Source of the DNA: Pseudomonadota bacterium
Lineage (GTDB): Bacteria; Pseudomonadota; Gammaproteobacteria; Pseudomonadales; JADFDG01
NCBI GenBank assembly: GCA_049324475.1
Contig: JBMOOO010000012.1
Location: 4,468 to 68,467, forward strand
Reading direction: 5' to 3'
Length of the DNA: 64,000 nucleotides
The notes under the pieces were generated by a model. That model saw only the letters and a list, made by a program, of their open reading frames with translations. It was not told the origin of the DNA and ran no database searches. Position 1 is the stretch's first letter, and every line of letters begins with the position of its first letter. Shown here piece by piece: positions 7,931-18,724 of this stretch. A program made the position numbers and the translations under genes.

Positions 7931-10900
7931 ATGCGTACCCCCCATCACCGCTGGCTGGCCGGGTTCTGGCTGGCCTGTGCCGCGTCCGCCCTGTCGCCGG
8001 CTGCGCAGGGCGCCGGCTTTGACTGCAGCAAGGCCTGGGGTGCCGACGAGAAGCTGATCTGCGAAACGCCGGCGCTGTCGCAGCTCGACGAGGAAATGAA
8101 CCGCGCCTACCGCGCGGCGCAGGACGCCACCTTCGGCGACGCGCGCAAGGCGTTGCAGACGGCCCAGCGGCAGTGGCTGGCGGATCGCCGCAGCCAGTGC
8201 GAACAGGCGGGCTGTCTGGAAAACATGTACCGCCAGCGGCTGGACGAACTGGCCGCGGTCACCGCCTTCGACAGCAGCCGGCGCGCCGCGCAGGCCGCCG
8301 GTGACGGCAGCGGTCCGGAAATCCTGCGCATGACGCCGGAAGGCGAGGACGTGCCGGCCGGCAACCAGCTGGTGCTGCAGTTCGATCGCGACATGGTGCC
8401 GGTGGGCGACATGCGCCGCGACGCCGCCGACCTGCCGATCACCGTGACGCCGTCGCCGGGTTGCGAGTGGCGCTGGCTGAACAGCAGCGCGCTGGCCTGC
8501 CAGCTGGATGAAAAGAACACGCTCAGACCGGCCACGGCATACCGCGTGCAGGTGAAGCCGGGGCTGAAGGATGTCAACGGCAAGGCCATGACATCGTCGT
8601 GGGCCGGCGGCTTCATCACGCAGCGTCCGTCCGTGCGCAACGTGTATCCCGTGTTCTGGCTGACGCCGCAGAAGCCGGTGCTGCGCGTTACGTTCTCGCT
8701 GCCGGTGACGCGCCATTCCGTGCAGTCTGCACTGCGCATGGGCGATGGCGATGCGTTCGAGGTGCATCCGGACAGTCTCAAGCGGCAGTTCCCGGAATGG
8801 ATGGCCTACCTCGGCATGGACGAGGAGCAGCCGGAGGAAATCGACGACGACTTCATCAAGGTCGGCCGCGACGAAGCGCGCAGCGTCTGGCTGCTGATGC
8901 CGAAAGGCGAGCTGCCCGCCGACGCCTCGATCGGGCTTTCGGAAGCGCCGGGCCTGCGCTCGCCGCTGGGGCCGGAGCCCGGCGTGGAAGACCGCGTGGC
9001 GTTCACCTTCGACACGTTTCCGGCATTCCGCTTCCTCGGCATCCGCTGCATGCCGAACGACCCGGACCCGCTGGGCACTGAATACCAGGAATTCTCCGCC
9101 GACGAGATGACCGGCAACGCCGGCCTGCCGCGCTGCGACCCGATGGCGCCGGTGATGCTGCGCTTCTCCAGCCCGGTGCTGGCGTCGGAAGTGAAAAAGA
9201 ACGTGGGCTTCACGCCGCGCCTGGACGGCGGCCGCACCGATTACGACCCCTGGGAAAACACCGAGGATTACACCCAGCGCACCAGCGCGCACCGCAGCGG
9301 CAGCGAGTACAGCATCTGGTTGCCGGAATTGCTGAAGGCCGCGCAGGGCTACCGCCTCGTGCTGGGCGGGGCGTTGCGTGACGAGTTCGGCCGCACGCTG
9401 CCGCAGCCGCTGGAATTGCGTTTCGAGACCACGCACCGCGATCCGCGGCTGGTGATCGACTACCGCGACGTGGTGCTGGAGAAAGGCGTGGACAGCCAGG
9501 CCACCGGCTACGTCACCAACCTCGACAGGCTCAGCTACGCCGGCACACGCCGCGACGCCTCTTTCACTGCCCTGCCGGTGAAGCAGGAGCAGGTCATGGC
9601 GAACATCGAGGACATCTCCTACAAGTTCGCGCTGATGGTGCGCGAGATCCTGCATGGCGAATCCGGCATCACCTGGTTCTGTGTGCGTTCGGAGCCGGAA
9701 GTGCAGCGCTGGGGCGATCTGGACGACTGCGTGTTCGCGCAGGTGACGCCGTTCCAGGTGCACGCCAAGCTGGGCCATTTCTCTTCGCTGGCCTGGGTGA
9801 CCGACATGCGCACCGGCCTGCCGGTGAAGGGCGCACGCGTGGATGTGATGGTCGGTCGCCGCGATGCGCTGGGCGCGCTGCCGCCGCAGGGCCCGCTGAC
9901 GCTGAGCAAGGCCGCACTGACCGACGATCTGGGCATTGCCTCGTTGCCGGGCATCGAGACGCTGGATCCGGAGCTCAATTATCTCGGCTGGCATTACGGC
10001 AAGGACGCGAAGAACCTGTTCGTCCGTGTGGTGCTGGGCAACGACATTGCCTTCCTGCCGCTGGATGGCGCGTTCGAGACCCAGGCCGGCAACGGCATCT
10101 GGCCGGATCTGGAGAAAAAAGGCGGTCACACCCACGCCTGGGGCTTCAGTGCGCAGGGCGTCTATCGCGGCGGGGAAACCGTCGACGCCAGGCTGTACCT
10201 GCGCGACCAGGCCAACCGGCACTGGCTGCCGCCGTCGGTGCGCACCGGCTATTCGCTGCGCGTCACCGACCCTACCGGCACAACGGTGCACAGCATCGAC
10301 AACGTGACGCTGGATGCGTTCGGCGCGTACACGCTGCAGTTCCCGCTGGCTGCGCAGGCGGTGGCCGGCTGGTACGACGTCGAGCTGCGCGGTACCGCCC
10401 CGAAGGGCAAGAACGCTCCGCGTTATACCGCCCTGCGTTTCCTGGTCAGCGATTTCACGCCGGCGCCGTTCCGCACCGAGAGCGTGCTGGAAGGCGACCT
10501 GTTCGGGCCGGGCGATACCGTCAAGGTCACCACGCGCGCCACGCTGTACAGCGGCGGTGCGTTCGCCAATGCCGATGCACGGGTGAGCGCGCGGCTGGAA
10601 GGCCTGCCCTACACGCCGGGCACCACCGTGACCCGCGGCTACCAGTTCGGCAGCTGGGACAACCGGCACACCGGTGAGCAGGCGCTGGGCGAGCAGACCG
10701 GCAAGGTCGATGCCGCCGGCGAATCGCGCAACAGCTTCGCCCTGGACAACGACAACATCTATTACGGCCGTGTGCTGGTGGAGTCCTCGGTGATCGACGA
10801 CCGCGGCAAGTATGTGAGCGCGCTGGCCAGCGCCATCTACGTGTCGCGCGACCGCTTCGTGGGCATCAAACCGCGCAGCTGGTTGTACAAGGCCGGCGAG

Positions 10901-13900
10901 GACGGCGTGTTCGATCTGATCGTGGCGGATGCGCGCGGCAAGCTGGTGGCCGATACCGGGATCGAGTTCACGCTGGAAAAACGGGTGATCCGCAGTGCCC
11001 GCGTGCAGGGTCCGGGCGATGCCTACCTGCTGCGCAACACCGGCGACTGGGAAGCGGTCGCTTCCTGCCAGGTCAAGAGCAGCGCCGAAGGCAGTGTGCC
11101 CTGCACGGTGAAGCCGGACGCGCCCGGCAGTTACCGCGTGCTGGCGAAGATCGTTGACACCAAAGGCCGTGCGTTCGTATCCGAGGACAGCGTCTGGGTG
11201 ATCGGCCCGGGCTGGGTGAACTGGGCCAGCGACAACGACGGTGGGCTGGAAATCGTCCCGGAAAACGACACGGTGAAAACCGGCGACACGGCACGCTACC
11301 TGGTGAAGAACCCGTATCCGGGCGCGCGTGCGCTGATCACCGTCGAGCGCTACGGTGTGCTGGAGCGCCGTGTGCAGGTGTTCAACAACGCCACCGAAGT
11401 GGTGGAGATCCCGGTGACCCGCGATCTCGCGCCCGGGTTCTTCCTGTCGGTGGTGGTGACCTCGCCGCGGGTGGCAAAGCCGATCGAGAACGAGGTCGAT
11501 CTCGGCAAGCCGGCGTTCCGGGTCGGCTACGTGAAGACCGTGGTGAAGGCACCGGATCGCCAGGTCCAGGTGAACATCACGCCGGCGCGCAGCGAATACC
11601 GCCCGCGCGAGGAAGTGGTGGCGAAGCTGAGGGCGACGTTGCCGGCGGGCGCGGCCGGCAAGCCGCTGTCGGTGGCGGTGGTGGCCATCGACGAATCGGT
11701 GCTGGCGCTGAACGCCGCCGGTGCGCGTTATTACGATCCGGATGCCGGTTTCAACCGGCTGGACAATCTTGACGTCGGCAACTGGAACCTGGTCAGCCGG
11801 TTGATCGGCCGGCAGAAGATCGAGAAGAAAGGCGCCAACCCCGGCGGTGACGGCGGCAAGTCGGAATCGCCGTTCTCGTCGCTGCGCGACCGGTTCCGGT
11901 ATGTCGCGCTGTGGCAGGGCGAGCTGAAGCTGGACGCGAACAACGAAGCCGACATCCGTTTCCGGGCACCGGACAATCTCACCGGCTGGCGCCTGCTGGC
12001 GATTGCCGTGACGCCGGAAGAAGCGATGGGTCTGGGTCAGGCGACGGTCAGGGTGAACCGCCCCACGGAAATCCGCCCGGCCATGCCCAACCAGGTGCTG
12101 GAAGGCGACAGTTTCACGGCGCGCTTCACGGTGATGAACCGCAGCAAGCAGGAACGCACGCTGAACGTGAAGGTGGAAACCACCGGCACGGCACTGAAGA
12201 GCGGTGAGGTGAAACCGTACGCGGTGGCGCTGACGCTGGCGCCCTACGAGCAGAAAGTGGTGGAAGTGCCGGTGATCACCCGCACCCCGGGCGAGGTGAA
12301 ATTCCGCGCCAGCGCCGGCGACGCGGCCGACAGCGACGCGCTGGCCCACAGCGTGCCGGTGAAGGTCCGCCGCATCAAGGAGGTGGCGGCGAGCTACGGC
12401 ACCACCGTCGATGCGCAGGCGATCGACCACGTCGCGATCCCGAAAGCCATCTACCCGGATGCCAGCGCGCTGTCGGTCACGCTGGCGCCGACCGTGCTGG
12501 GCAATCTCGACGGCGCCTATGCCTATGTCACGAAGTATCCGTACCTGTGCTGGGAGCAGCGATTGAGCAAGGCGCTGATGTACGCGTCCGGCCGCACGCT
12601 GAAGCCCTGGCTGAAGCAGAGCGAGCTGCCGGCTGATCCGGGTGCGCTGATCCGCGACACGCTCGCCTCGGCAAAAGGCTTCCAGGCACCGAACGGCGGC
12701 ATGGCCTACTGGGTCGGCAACGACGCTTACGTCAGCCCGTATCTTTCGGCCTATACCGCGCTCGGCTTCCGCTGGCTGGCAAGGAGCGGCTACGCGGTGC
12801 CGAAGAACGTGGTCGAGCCGCTGAACGATTACCTGCGCAACATGCTGCGCACCAACGTGCTGCCGTCGTCCTACGACGCCGGCATGGCATCCAGCGTGCG
12901 TGCCGTGGCGCTGGCGGCGCTGGCGGATGCCGGCGCCATCCGCCAGGACGAAGTGCTGCGCTATGCCAGCCACATGCCGCGCATGTCGCTGATCGGCAAG
13001 ACCCATTACCTGCAGGCGCTGGCGGCATCCGGCGCGCCGGCGGCGGAAATCCGCCGTACCACCGCCGCACTGCTGGCCATGGGCAACCAGACCGGCGGCA
13101 AGTTCCAGCTGATGGAAAAATTGAGCGACAACTACAGCGAGCTGCTGGCCACGCCGCTGCGCGACAACTGCGCAGCGCTGTCCGGTCTGTTGCGCGTGGC
13201 GGCCGTGCCGGAGGCCGGCCAGCAGATCGGCGACGTGCCGGTGAAGCTGGTGCGCATGATCACCCAGGCCCGCGGCAGCCGCGATCACTTCGAGAACACG
13301 CAGGAGAACATCTTCTGCACCCAGGCGCTGATCGATTACGTGAAGGTCTACGAACGCGAGAAGCCGGCCATGACCGTGAAGGTGAGCTTCGACACCTCGA
13401 CGCCGGGCAAGCCGGCCGCCGCCGGTGACGTCGTGCCCCTGGGCGAGGCGGCATTTGCCAGCGTGCAGGACCCGCAGAAGCTGCTGCGCCGCGCACTCGG
13501 TGCGAACGATCCGGGCCGCACCGGCCGTGTGGTGTTCAGCAAGACCGGCGCCGGCCGCCTGTACTACAGCACGCGCCTGGAATTCGCGCCGAAGGACGAG
13601 GCGGCGAAGAGTGCCAACAACGGGCTGGAAGTGCGACGCGAGTACTCGCTGAAGCGCGCCGGCAAATGGCAGTTGCTCAAGGGCGGGGAGACGCTGGCAC
13701 GCGGTGATCTGGTGCGCGTGGACCTGTATGTGAAAACGCCGGCGGCGCGCCACTACGTGGTGGTCGACGATCCGGTGCCGGGCCTGCTGGAGCCGGTCAA
13801 CACCGATCTGGCCACCGACTCCACCTTCGATGACAAACAGGCCGCGTACGATGGCGCGGCCGAGGCGTACTGGTTCAGCAACACCGACGGCTGGGAAACC

Positions 13901-14116
13901 TTCGGCCGCTACGGCTACAGCTTCTATCACCGCGAAATGAAACACGACGCCGTGCGCTATTACGCGGACCTGCTGCCGGCCGGCAGCTATCACCTGGCCT
14001 GGTCGGCACAGGTGATCGCCACCGGTGAGTTCGCCGCGCAGCCGACCTTTGCCGGCGAGATGTACGACATCGACGTGTTCGGCCGCGGCCTGCCCACGCG
14101 ATTCAATGCCCGGTAA
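7931..14116 (+). CDS. Bacterial alpha-2-macroglobulin (YfhM-like) with an N-terminal LprI-like domain
   Basis: 2061 aa; MG-domain motifs (GVYRGGETV, LITVER, PDNLTGWR), thioester YPYLCWEQ, NGLEVRREY and VVVDDPVPG; followed by pbpC. Confidence 0.92.
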   Translation: MRTPHHRWLAGFWLACAASALSPAAQGAGFDCSKAWGADEKLICETPALSQLDEEMNRAYRAAQDATFGDARKALQTAQRQWLADRRSQCEQAGCLENMYRQRLDELAAVTAFDSSRRAAQAAGDGSGPEILRMTPEGEDVPAGNQLVLQFDRDMVPVGDMRRDAADLPITVTPSPGCEWRWLNSSALACQLDEKNTLRPATAYRVQVKPGLKDVNGKAMTSSWAGGFITQRPSVRNVYPVFWLTPQKPVLRVTFSLPVTRHSVQSALRMGDGDAFEVHPDSLKRQFPEWMAYLGMDEEQPEEIDDDFIKVGRDEARSVWLLMPKGELPADASIGLSEAPGLRSPLGPEPGVEDRVAFTFDTFPAFRFLGIRCMPNDPDPLGTEYQEFSADEMTGNAGLPRCDPMAPVMLRFSSPVLASEVKKNVGFTPRLDGGRTDYDPWENTEDYTQRTSAHRSGSEYSIWLPELLKAAQGYRLVLGGALRDEFGRTLPQPLELRFETTHRDPRLVIDYRDVVLEKGVDSQATGYVTNLDRLSYAGTRRDASFTALPVKQEQVMANIEDISYKFALMVREILHGESGITWFCVRSEPEVQRWGDLDDCVFAQVTPFQVHAKLGHFSSLAWVTDMRTGLPVKGARVDVMVGRRDALGALPPQGPLTLSKAALTDDLGIASLPGIETLDPELNYLGWHYGKDAKNLFVRVVLGNDIAFLPLDGAFETQAGNGIWPDLEKKGGHTHAWGFSAQGVYRGGETVDARLYLRDQANRHWLPPSVRTGYSLRVTDPTGTTVHSIDNVTLDAFGAYTLQFPLAAQAVAGWYDVELRGTAPKGKNAPRYTALRFLVSDFTPAPFRTESVLEGDLFGPGDTVKVTTRATLYSGGAFANADARVSARLEGLPYTPGTTVTRGYQFGSWDNRHTGEQALGEQTGKVDAAGESRNSFALDNDNIYYGRVLVESSVIDDRGKYVSALASAIYVSRDRFVGIKPRSWLYKAGEDGVFDLIVADARGKLVADTGIEFTLEKRVIRSARVQGPGDAYLLRNTGDWEAVASCQVKSSAEGSVPCTVKPDAPGSYRVLAKIVDTKGRAFVSEDSVWVIGPGWVNWASDNDGGLEIVPENDTVKTGDTARYLVKNPYPGARALITVERYGVLERRVQVFNNATEVVEIPVTRDLAPGFFLSVVVTSPRVAKPIENEVDLGKPAFRVGYVKTVVKAPDRQVQVNITPARSEYRPREEVVAKLRATLPAGAAGKPLSVAVVAIDESVLALNAAGARYYDPDAGFNRLDNLDVGNWNLVSRLIGRQKIEKKGANPGGDGGKSESPFSSLRDRFRYVALWQGELKLDANNEADIRFRAPDNLTGWRLLAIAVTPEEAMGLGQATVRVNRPTEIRPAMPNQVLEGDSFTARFTVMNRSKQERTLNVKVETTGTALKSGEVKPYAVALTLAPYEQKVVEVPVITRTPGEVKFRASAGDAADSDALAHSVPVKVRRIKEVAASYGTTVDAQAIDHVAIPKAIYPDASALSVTLAPTVLGNLDGAYAYVTKYPYLCWEQRLSKALMYASGRTLKPWLKQSELPADPGALIRDTLASAKGFQAPNGGMAYWVGNDAYVSPYLSAYTALGFRWLARSGYAVPKNVVEPLNDYLRNMLRTNVLPSSYDAGMASSVRAVALAALADAGAIRQDEVLRYASHMPRMSLIGKTHYLQALAASGAPAAEIRRTTAALLAMGNQTGGKFQLMEKLSDNYSELLATPLRDNCAALSGLLRVAAVPEAGQQIGDVPVKLVRMITQARGSRDHFENTQENIFCTQALIDYVKVYEREKPAMTVKVSFDTSTPGKPAAAGDVVPLGEAAFASVQDPQKLLRRALGANDPGRTGRVVFSKTGAGRLYYSTRLEFAPKDEAAKSANNGLEVRREYSLKRAGKWQLLKGGETLARGDLVRVDLYVKTPAARHYVVVDDPVPGLLEPVNTDLATDSTFDDKQAAYDGAAEAYWFSNTDGWETFGRYGYSFYHREMKHDAVRYYADLLPAGSYHLAWSAQVIATGEFAAQPTFAGEMYDIDVFGRGLPTRFNAR

Positions 14117-16325
14117 GCCCGGCCCGTCTCCGGCGCAGCGCGCGCGCCGGAGGCGCATCGCCGCCGCCCTCGGCGCCGCCGTCGCGGTGCCGGTGCTGGC
14201 CACCCTGCTGTCGCTGCATGCACCGCCGTCACGCTTTCCGGACGGCGATGCCGGCGCCGGCATCCGGCGCGTGCAGTACCTGGACCGGCACGGCAGCACG
14301 CTGAACGAAACGCGCATCAACGACTGGAACTTCCATCACCGTCTGCCGCTGCACGACGTGCCGGCCTTGCTGCAGCAGGCCGTGGTGCTGGCCGAGGACC
14401 AGCGTTTCTACCGTCACCATGGCATGGACTGGCCGGCACGCCTGAACGCGCTGTGGCAGAACATCGAAGCCGGACGGGTCGTGCGCGGCGCCAGCACCAT
14501 CAGCGAACAGACGGTGCGCCTGCTGCAGCCGCGGCCGCGCACGCTGTGGTCGCGCTGGCTGGAAGGCTGGGAAGCGCTGTGGCTGGAGCAGCGCCATTCC
14601 AAGCCGGCCATCCTCGAGTTCTACCTGAACCAGGTGCCCTACGCCGCCAACCGCCGCGGCATCGTGCCGGCCGCGCGTTACTACTTCGGGCGCGATCCGG
14701 ACACGCTGAACGAACGCGAGCTGCTGATGCTGGCGGTGCTGATCCGTTCGCCGTCCGGCATGGCCGGCGATCCGGCACGGCTGGATCGCGCGGTTACTCA
14801 ACTCGCCGGGCGCCTGCGCGCGGCCGGCGTGCCGGGCCAGACCGTGCTGCCGGACGATGCAGCCCTGCTGGCGCAGGTGATTTCACGTCCGCTGCAGGAT
14901 GCCGACACGCAGGCCGATCCCGCCGCGTTCCTGTCCGCCCTGCGCGACTGGCCGCAGCCGCCGCAGGCGGACAACGCCGGCAACATCGCCACCACACTGG
15001 ACCTGGCCTTGCAGCGGCAGGTGCAGCAGTTGCTGGCGGCGCAGCTGCGGCTGGATGCCGATCTCGACGTGCGTCATGCCGCGGCGCTGGTGGTGGATCA
15101 CCGCCGCAACGAAGTGCTGGCCTGGGTCGTGGCCAGCCGGCCCGGCGAGGCGCCGACCGCCATCGATGCGGTGCGCGTACGCCGGCAGCCCGGCTCCACG
15201 CTCAAACCGCTGGTGTACGCCGCCGCCTTCGAGAAAGGCTGGACGCCGTCCACCATGATTCTCGATGCGCCGCTGGAGCAGCTGGTGGGCGCCGGCATGC
15301 ACGAATACAACAACTACAGCCGGTTGCACTACGGCTGGATCAGCGCGCGCGAGGCGCTCGGCAATTCGCTGAACGTGCCGGCGGTGAAGGCCGTGCAGTT
15401 CACCGGCACGGCGCCGTTCCTGCAGACCTTGCGCACCGCCGGCATCGCCAGCCTGAGCGGGCACCCGAACGTGTACGGTGACGGTCTGGCGCTGGGCAAC
15501 GGCGAGGTCACGCTGTACGAGCTGGTATCGGCCTATGCCGTGCTGGCGCGTGGCGGCGTGTATCGCCCGTTCACGCCGTTTGCCGGCGAGCAAGGGCCGC
15601 GCGTGCCGCCACGCAGCGTGTTCCGCCCGGAAACCGCCAGCCTGATCGCCGATATCCTCAGCGACGACAACGCCCGCGCGCGCGAGTTCGGTGCCCACGG
15701 CGTGCTCGACTTCCCGGTGCAGACGGCGGTGAAGACCGGCACCTCCAGCGATTACCGCGATGCCTGGACGCTGGCCTTCAACGACTGCTGCGTGATCGGC
15801 GTGTGGTTCGGCAATCTCGATTACCGGCCGATGCACGAGATCACCGGTGCACGGGGTCCGGCGCCGGTGGTGCGCGGCATCGTTGCCGGACTCAACCGCG
15901 AGCGCGACACCCGTGCGCTGGTCCGCCATGCGGGTCTGCGTCGCGCACGGGTCTGCATCGACACCGGCCTGCCGGCCGATGCCGGTTGCGAGGCGCGTGA
16001 CGAATGGTTCGCGCCCTGGATGACGCCGGGCGCGTTTCCCGACGGTGACACCCGCGTGCGCATCCGCAAGCCCGGGCCGGGCCTGCGCCTGGCCATGGAC
16101 CCGCGCATTCCGGACGACAACGAAGCGTTCGAATTCCTGGTGCAGGCGCCGGTAACGGTGACGCGCGTGCAGTGGCAGGTGAACGGCCGCCCGGCCGGCG
16201 AAAGCGCCGGGTCGCGCTTTGTCTGGCCGCTGCAGCGCGGCGAGCATCGCCTGCGCGCACGCGTCTGGCAGGCCGGCAGCGACCGGCCGGTGGAAACAGA
16301 GGAAGTGCCCTTTACCGTGCGCTGA
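14106..16325 (+). CDS. pbpC: Penicillin-binding protein 1C (transglycosylase/transpeptidase)
   Basis: AEDQRF and GASTI (transglycosylase); STLK, SLN and KTGT (transpeptidase); C-terminal Ig-like domain; overlaps the A2M stop. Confidence 0.88.
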   Translation: MPGKPGPSPAQRARRRRIAAALGAAVAVPVLATLLSLHAPPSRFPDGDAGAGIRRVQYLDRHGSTLNETRINDWNFHHRLPLHDVPALLQQAVVLAEDQRFYRHHGMDWPARLNALWQNIEAGRVVRGASTISEQTVRLLQPRPRTLWSRWLEGWEALWLEQRHSKPAILEFYLNQVPYAANRRGIVPAARYYFGRDPDTLNERELLMLAVLIRSPSGMAGDPARLDRAVTQLAGRLRAAGVPGQTVLPDDAALLAQVISRPLQDADTQADPAAFLSALRDWPQPPQADNAGNIATTLDLALQRQVQQLLAAQLRLDADLDVRHAAALVVDHRRNEVLAWVVASRPGEAPTAIDAVRVRRQPGSTLKPLVYAAAFEKGWTPSTMILDAPLEQLVGAGMHEYNNYSRLHYGWISAREALGNSLNVPAVKAVQFTGTAPFLQTLRTAGIASLSGHPNVYGDGLALGNGEVTLYELVSAYAVLARGGVYRPFTPFAGEQGPRVPPRSVFRPETASLIADILSDDNARAREFGAHGVLDFPVQTAVKTGTSSDYRDAWTLAFNDCCVIGVWFGNLDYRPMHEITGARGPAPVVRGIVAGLNRERDTRALVRHAGLRRARVCIDTGLPADAGCEARDEWFAPWMTPGAFPDGDTRVRIRKPGPGLRLAMDPRIPDDNEAFEFLVQAPVTVTRVQWQVNGRPAGESAGSRFVWPLQRGEHRLRARVWQAGSDRPVETEEVPFTVR

Positions 16326-16368
16326 ACGGGCGCTGCTTTTTCCGCGGTGCGTGCGCCGCGATCCGGAC

Positions 16369-17502
16369 TCAGTGCCCCGCGATCTGCTTCAGCGCCTGCT
16401 CCAGGTGGCCGACCGTGCCGTCAACGTTCGCCAGCTTGTCCAGCCCGAACAGACCGACCCGGAACGTTTTGAAACCCGCCGGCTCGTCGCACATCAGCGG
16501 CACGCCGGCCGCGGTCTGCAGGCCCAGCGCCACGAACTTCGATGCGTTGTGCATGCCGTCGTCGGTGGTATGGCAGACCACCACGCCCGGTGCCTCGAAG
16601 CCGGATGCCGCCACGCTGGCCAGACCGTGCTGCGCGAACAGCGCACGCACGCGCCGGCCCAGCTCCCATTGCTTTCCGCGCAGTGCCTCGAAGCCGGCGG
16701 CTTCCGTGGCGCGCATGGCGTCGCGCAGACGCAACAGGGCGTCGGTGGGCATGGTCGCGTGATAGGCAAAGCCGCCGTTCTCGTAGGACTGCATGATCTG
16801 CAGCCATTTCTTCAGGTCCGCTGCGAAGCTGCTGCTGGTGGTGGCTTCCACTTTTGTTTTCGCCGCCGCCGACAGCATCACCAGCGCTGCACAGGGCGTG
16901 GAGCTCCAGCCTTTCTGCGGGGCACTGATGAGTACATCGATGCCGCAGGCCTGCATGTCCACCCAGATGGCGCCGGACGCCACGCAGTCCAGCACGAACA
17001 GGCCGCCGTGCGCGTGCACGGCATCGGCCACCGCACGCAGGTAATCGTCGGGCAGGATCATGCCGGACGCGGTCTCCACGTGCGGCGCGAACACCAGCGC
17101 CGGCTTTTCCGCACGGATGGCCGCGACCACGTCGTCGATCGGTGCCGGCGCCCAGCAGGCCTGTGCGTCCGTGGAAGCCGGGCGCGCCTTCAGCACGACG
17201 GACGACGACGGCATGCCGCCCATGTCGAAGATCTGCGTCCAGCGGTAACTGAACCAGCCGTTGCGCAGCACCAGGCACTTCTGCCCCGTCGCCAGCTGGC
17301 GCGCCACGGCCTCCATGCCGTAGCTGCCGCCGCCGGGCACGACGGCGACGGCATCGGCGCGGTAGACCTGCTTCAGCGTGGCGGAGATGTCCCGCATCGC
17401 CTGCTGGAAAACCTTCGACATGTGATTGAGCGCGCGGTCGGTGAACACCACCGAATATTCAAGCAGGCCGTCCGGATCGACGGCGGGATACTGGCGGGAC
17501 AT
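16369..17502 (-). CDS. Class V PLP-dependent aminotransferase (serine-pyruvate/alanine-glyoxylate type)
   Basis: LLEYSVVFTDR, HVETASG, LDCVASG and SAPQKGW (PLP Lys). Confidence 0.88.
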   Translation of the reverse strand: MSRQYPAVDPDGLLEYSVVFTDRALNHMSKVFQQAMRDISATLKQVYRADAVAVVPGGGSYGMEAVARQLATGQKCLVLRNGWFSYRWTQIFDMGGMPSSSVVLKARPASTDAQACWAPAPIDDVVAAIRAEKPALVFAPHVETASGMILPDDYLRAVADAVHAHGGLFVLDCVASGAIWVDMQACGIDVLISAPQKGWSSTPCAALVMLSAAAKTKVEATTSSSFAADLKKWLQIMQSYENGGFAYHATMPTDALLRLRDAMRATEAAGFEALRGKQWELGRRVRALFAQHGLASVAASGFEAPGVVVCHTTDDGMHNASKFVALGLQTAAGVPLMCDEPAGFKTFRVGLFGLDKLANVDGTVGHLEQALKQIAGH

Positions 17503-17563
17503 GGCTCGGACCTTCCTGGTGCGTTCTTGCTGTGGGCGGGATGTGTGCCGTTGCCGGCGGCCC

Positions 17564-18535
17564 TCAGGTGTTGCTGCGCACAAACTCGTTGATGCGACGG
17601 ATGGCCTTGCCGGCCTCCGGGATGAAATCGGCGAACAGGTGGAACACGTGCGGCAGGTTGTGCCACTCCTCCACCGACACCTTCACGCCGTCGGCGCGCG
17701 CCTTCATGGCCACGCGGCGGGCGTCATCGCGCAGCACTTCCGTGCTGCTGGCCTGGATCAGCAGCGGCGGGAAGCCGGTGCAGTCGGCGTGCACCGGCGA
17801 CAGCAGCGGATGCTTCGGATCGGAATCGCGGGTGTGGTACTTCGCCAGCGCACGCACGCCGTGGGCGGCAAACATCACGTCTTTCGGATTGTTGCGCTCC
17901 AGCGAGTCGCCCTCGCAGGCCATGTCGGCCCAGGGCGAGATGCAGAACGCCGCGCCCGGCATCGGCAGCTTTTCCGTGCGGATCTGCTGCAGCGTGATCA
18001 GCACGAGGTTGCCGCCGGCGGAATCGCCACCCAGCGCGATGTTCTCCGGCGAGTATCCCTGGCCGAGCAGGAAACGGTACGCACTCACCGCGTCGTCCAG
18101 CCAGGCCGGGAAGCGGTGCTCCGGCGCCTGCCGGTAGTTGATCGACAGCACGCGGCGTTTCGCGCCGTGCGCCAGCCGGCTGGTCAGTGGCCGGTGCGTG
18201 GCGGCCGAGCACATGAAGTAGCCGCCGCCGTGGAAATAGAGAATGGCCTTGCCCGCTTCCGGCGCGTGGCCGGCACGCACGGACTGCAGCCACTCCGCGC
18301 TCATGTCGCCGGCCGGTGTCGGAATCGTGACCGGCTCGATCTTCACGAACGACGGCACGCGCTCGTTGCGCCGCATCATCTTCGCCACGCGGCGGGCGCC
18401 ACGCGCCAGGTGTTCGTCCTTCACGGCCAGATGGGCCGGCGCCCGCTCGGCCGGGCCCTTGGCATAGCGGCGCAGCACGGCGTTGAGCACGGTGGCGCGC
18501 AGGCCGGGACGTTTGATCGGGCGGGCGGCGGTCAT
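17564..18535 (-). CDS. HSL-family alpha/beta hydrolase (esterase/lipase)
   Basis: HGGG oxyanion motif, GDSAG nucleophile, YRQAPEHRFP and HVF. Confidence 0.9.
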   Translation of the reverse strand: MTAARPIKRPGLRATVLNAVLRRYAKGPAERAPAHLAVKDEHLARGARRVAKMMRRNERVPSFVKIEPVTIPTPAGDMSAEWLQSVRAGHAPEAGKAILYFHGGGYFMCSAATHRPLTSRLAHGAKRRVLSINYRQAPEHRFPAWLDDAVSAYRFLLGQGYSPENIALGGDSAGGNLVLITLQQIRTEKLPMPGAAFCISPWADMACEGDSLERNNPKDVMFAAHGVRALAKYHTRDSDPKHPLLSPVHADCTGFPPLLIQASSTEVLRDDARRVAMKARADGVKVSVEEWHNLPHVFHLFADFIPEAGKAIRRINEFVRSNT

Positions 18536-18724
18536 GCGGGGGCTCCGGGGTCTGTCGGCAGAACAGCCTTTTTCCCGTAATTGACGTGGCGTGGCAACTG
18601 CCGGTGCGGCCCCGGGGCCGGCCGTTCCGGCCAGCACGGGCCGTTTCCGGCTTTGACAGGCCACCGTGCCCGGCGGAGGATGGCCCGGGCGGATGATCCG
18701 CGATGCAGCATGGAGGAAACGGCA

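Noticed and set aside
7904-14320. 2138-aa ORF antisense to the macroglobulin gene
   Set aside because: A shadow ORF caused by high-GC codon bias; it has no motifs and mirrors a well-supported gene.
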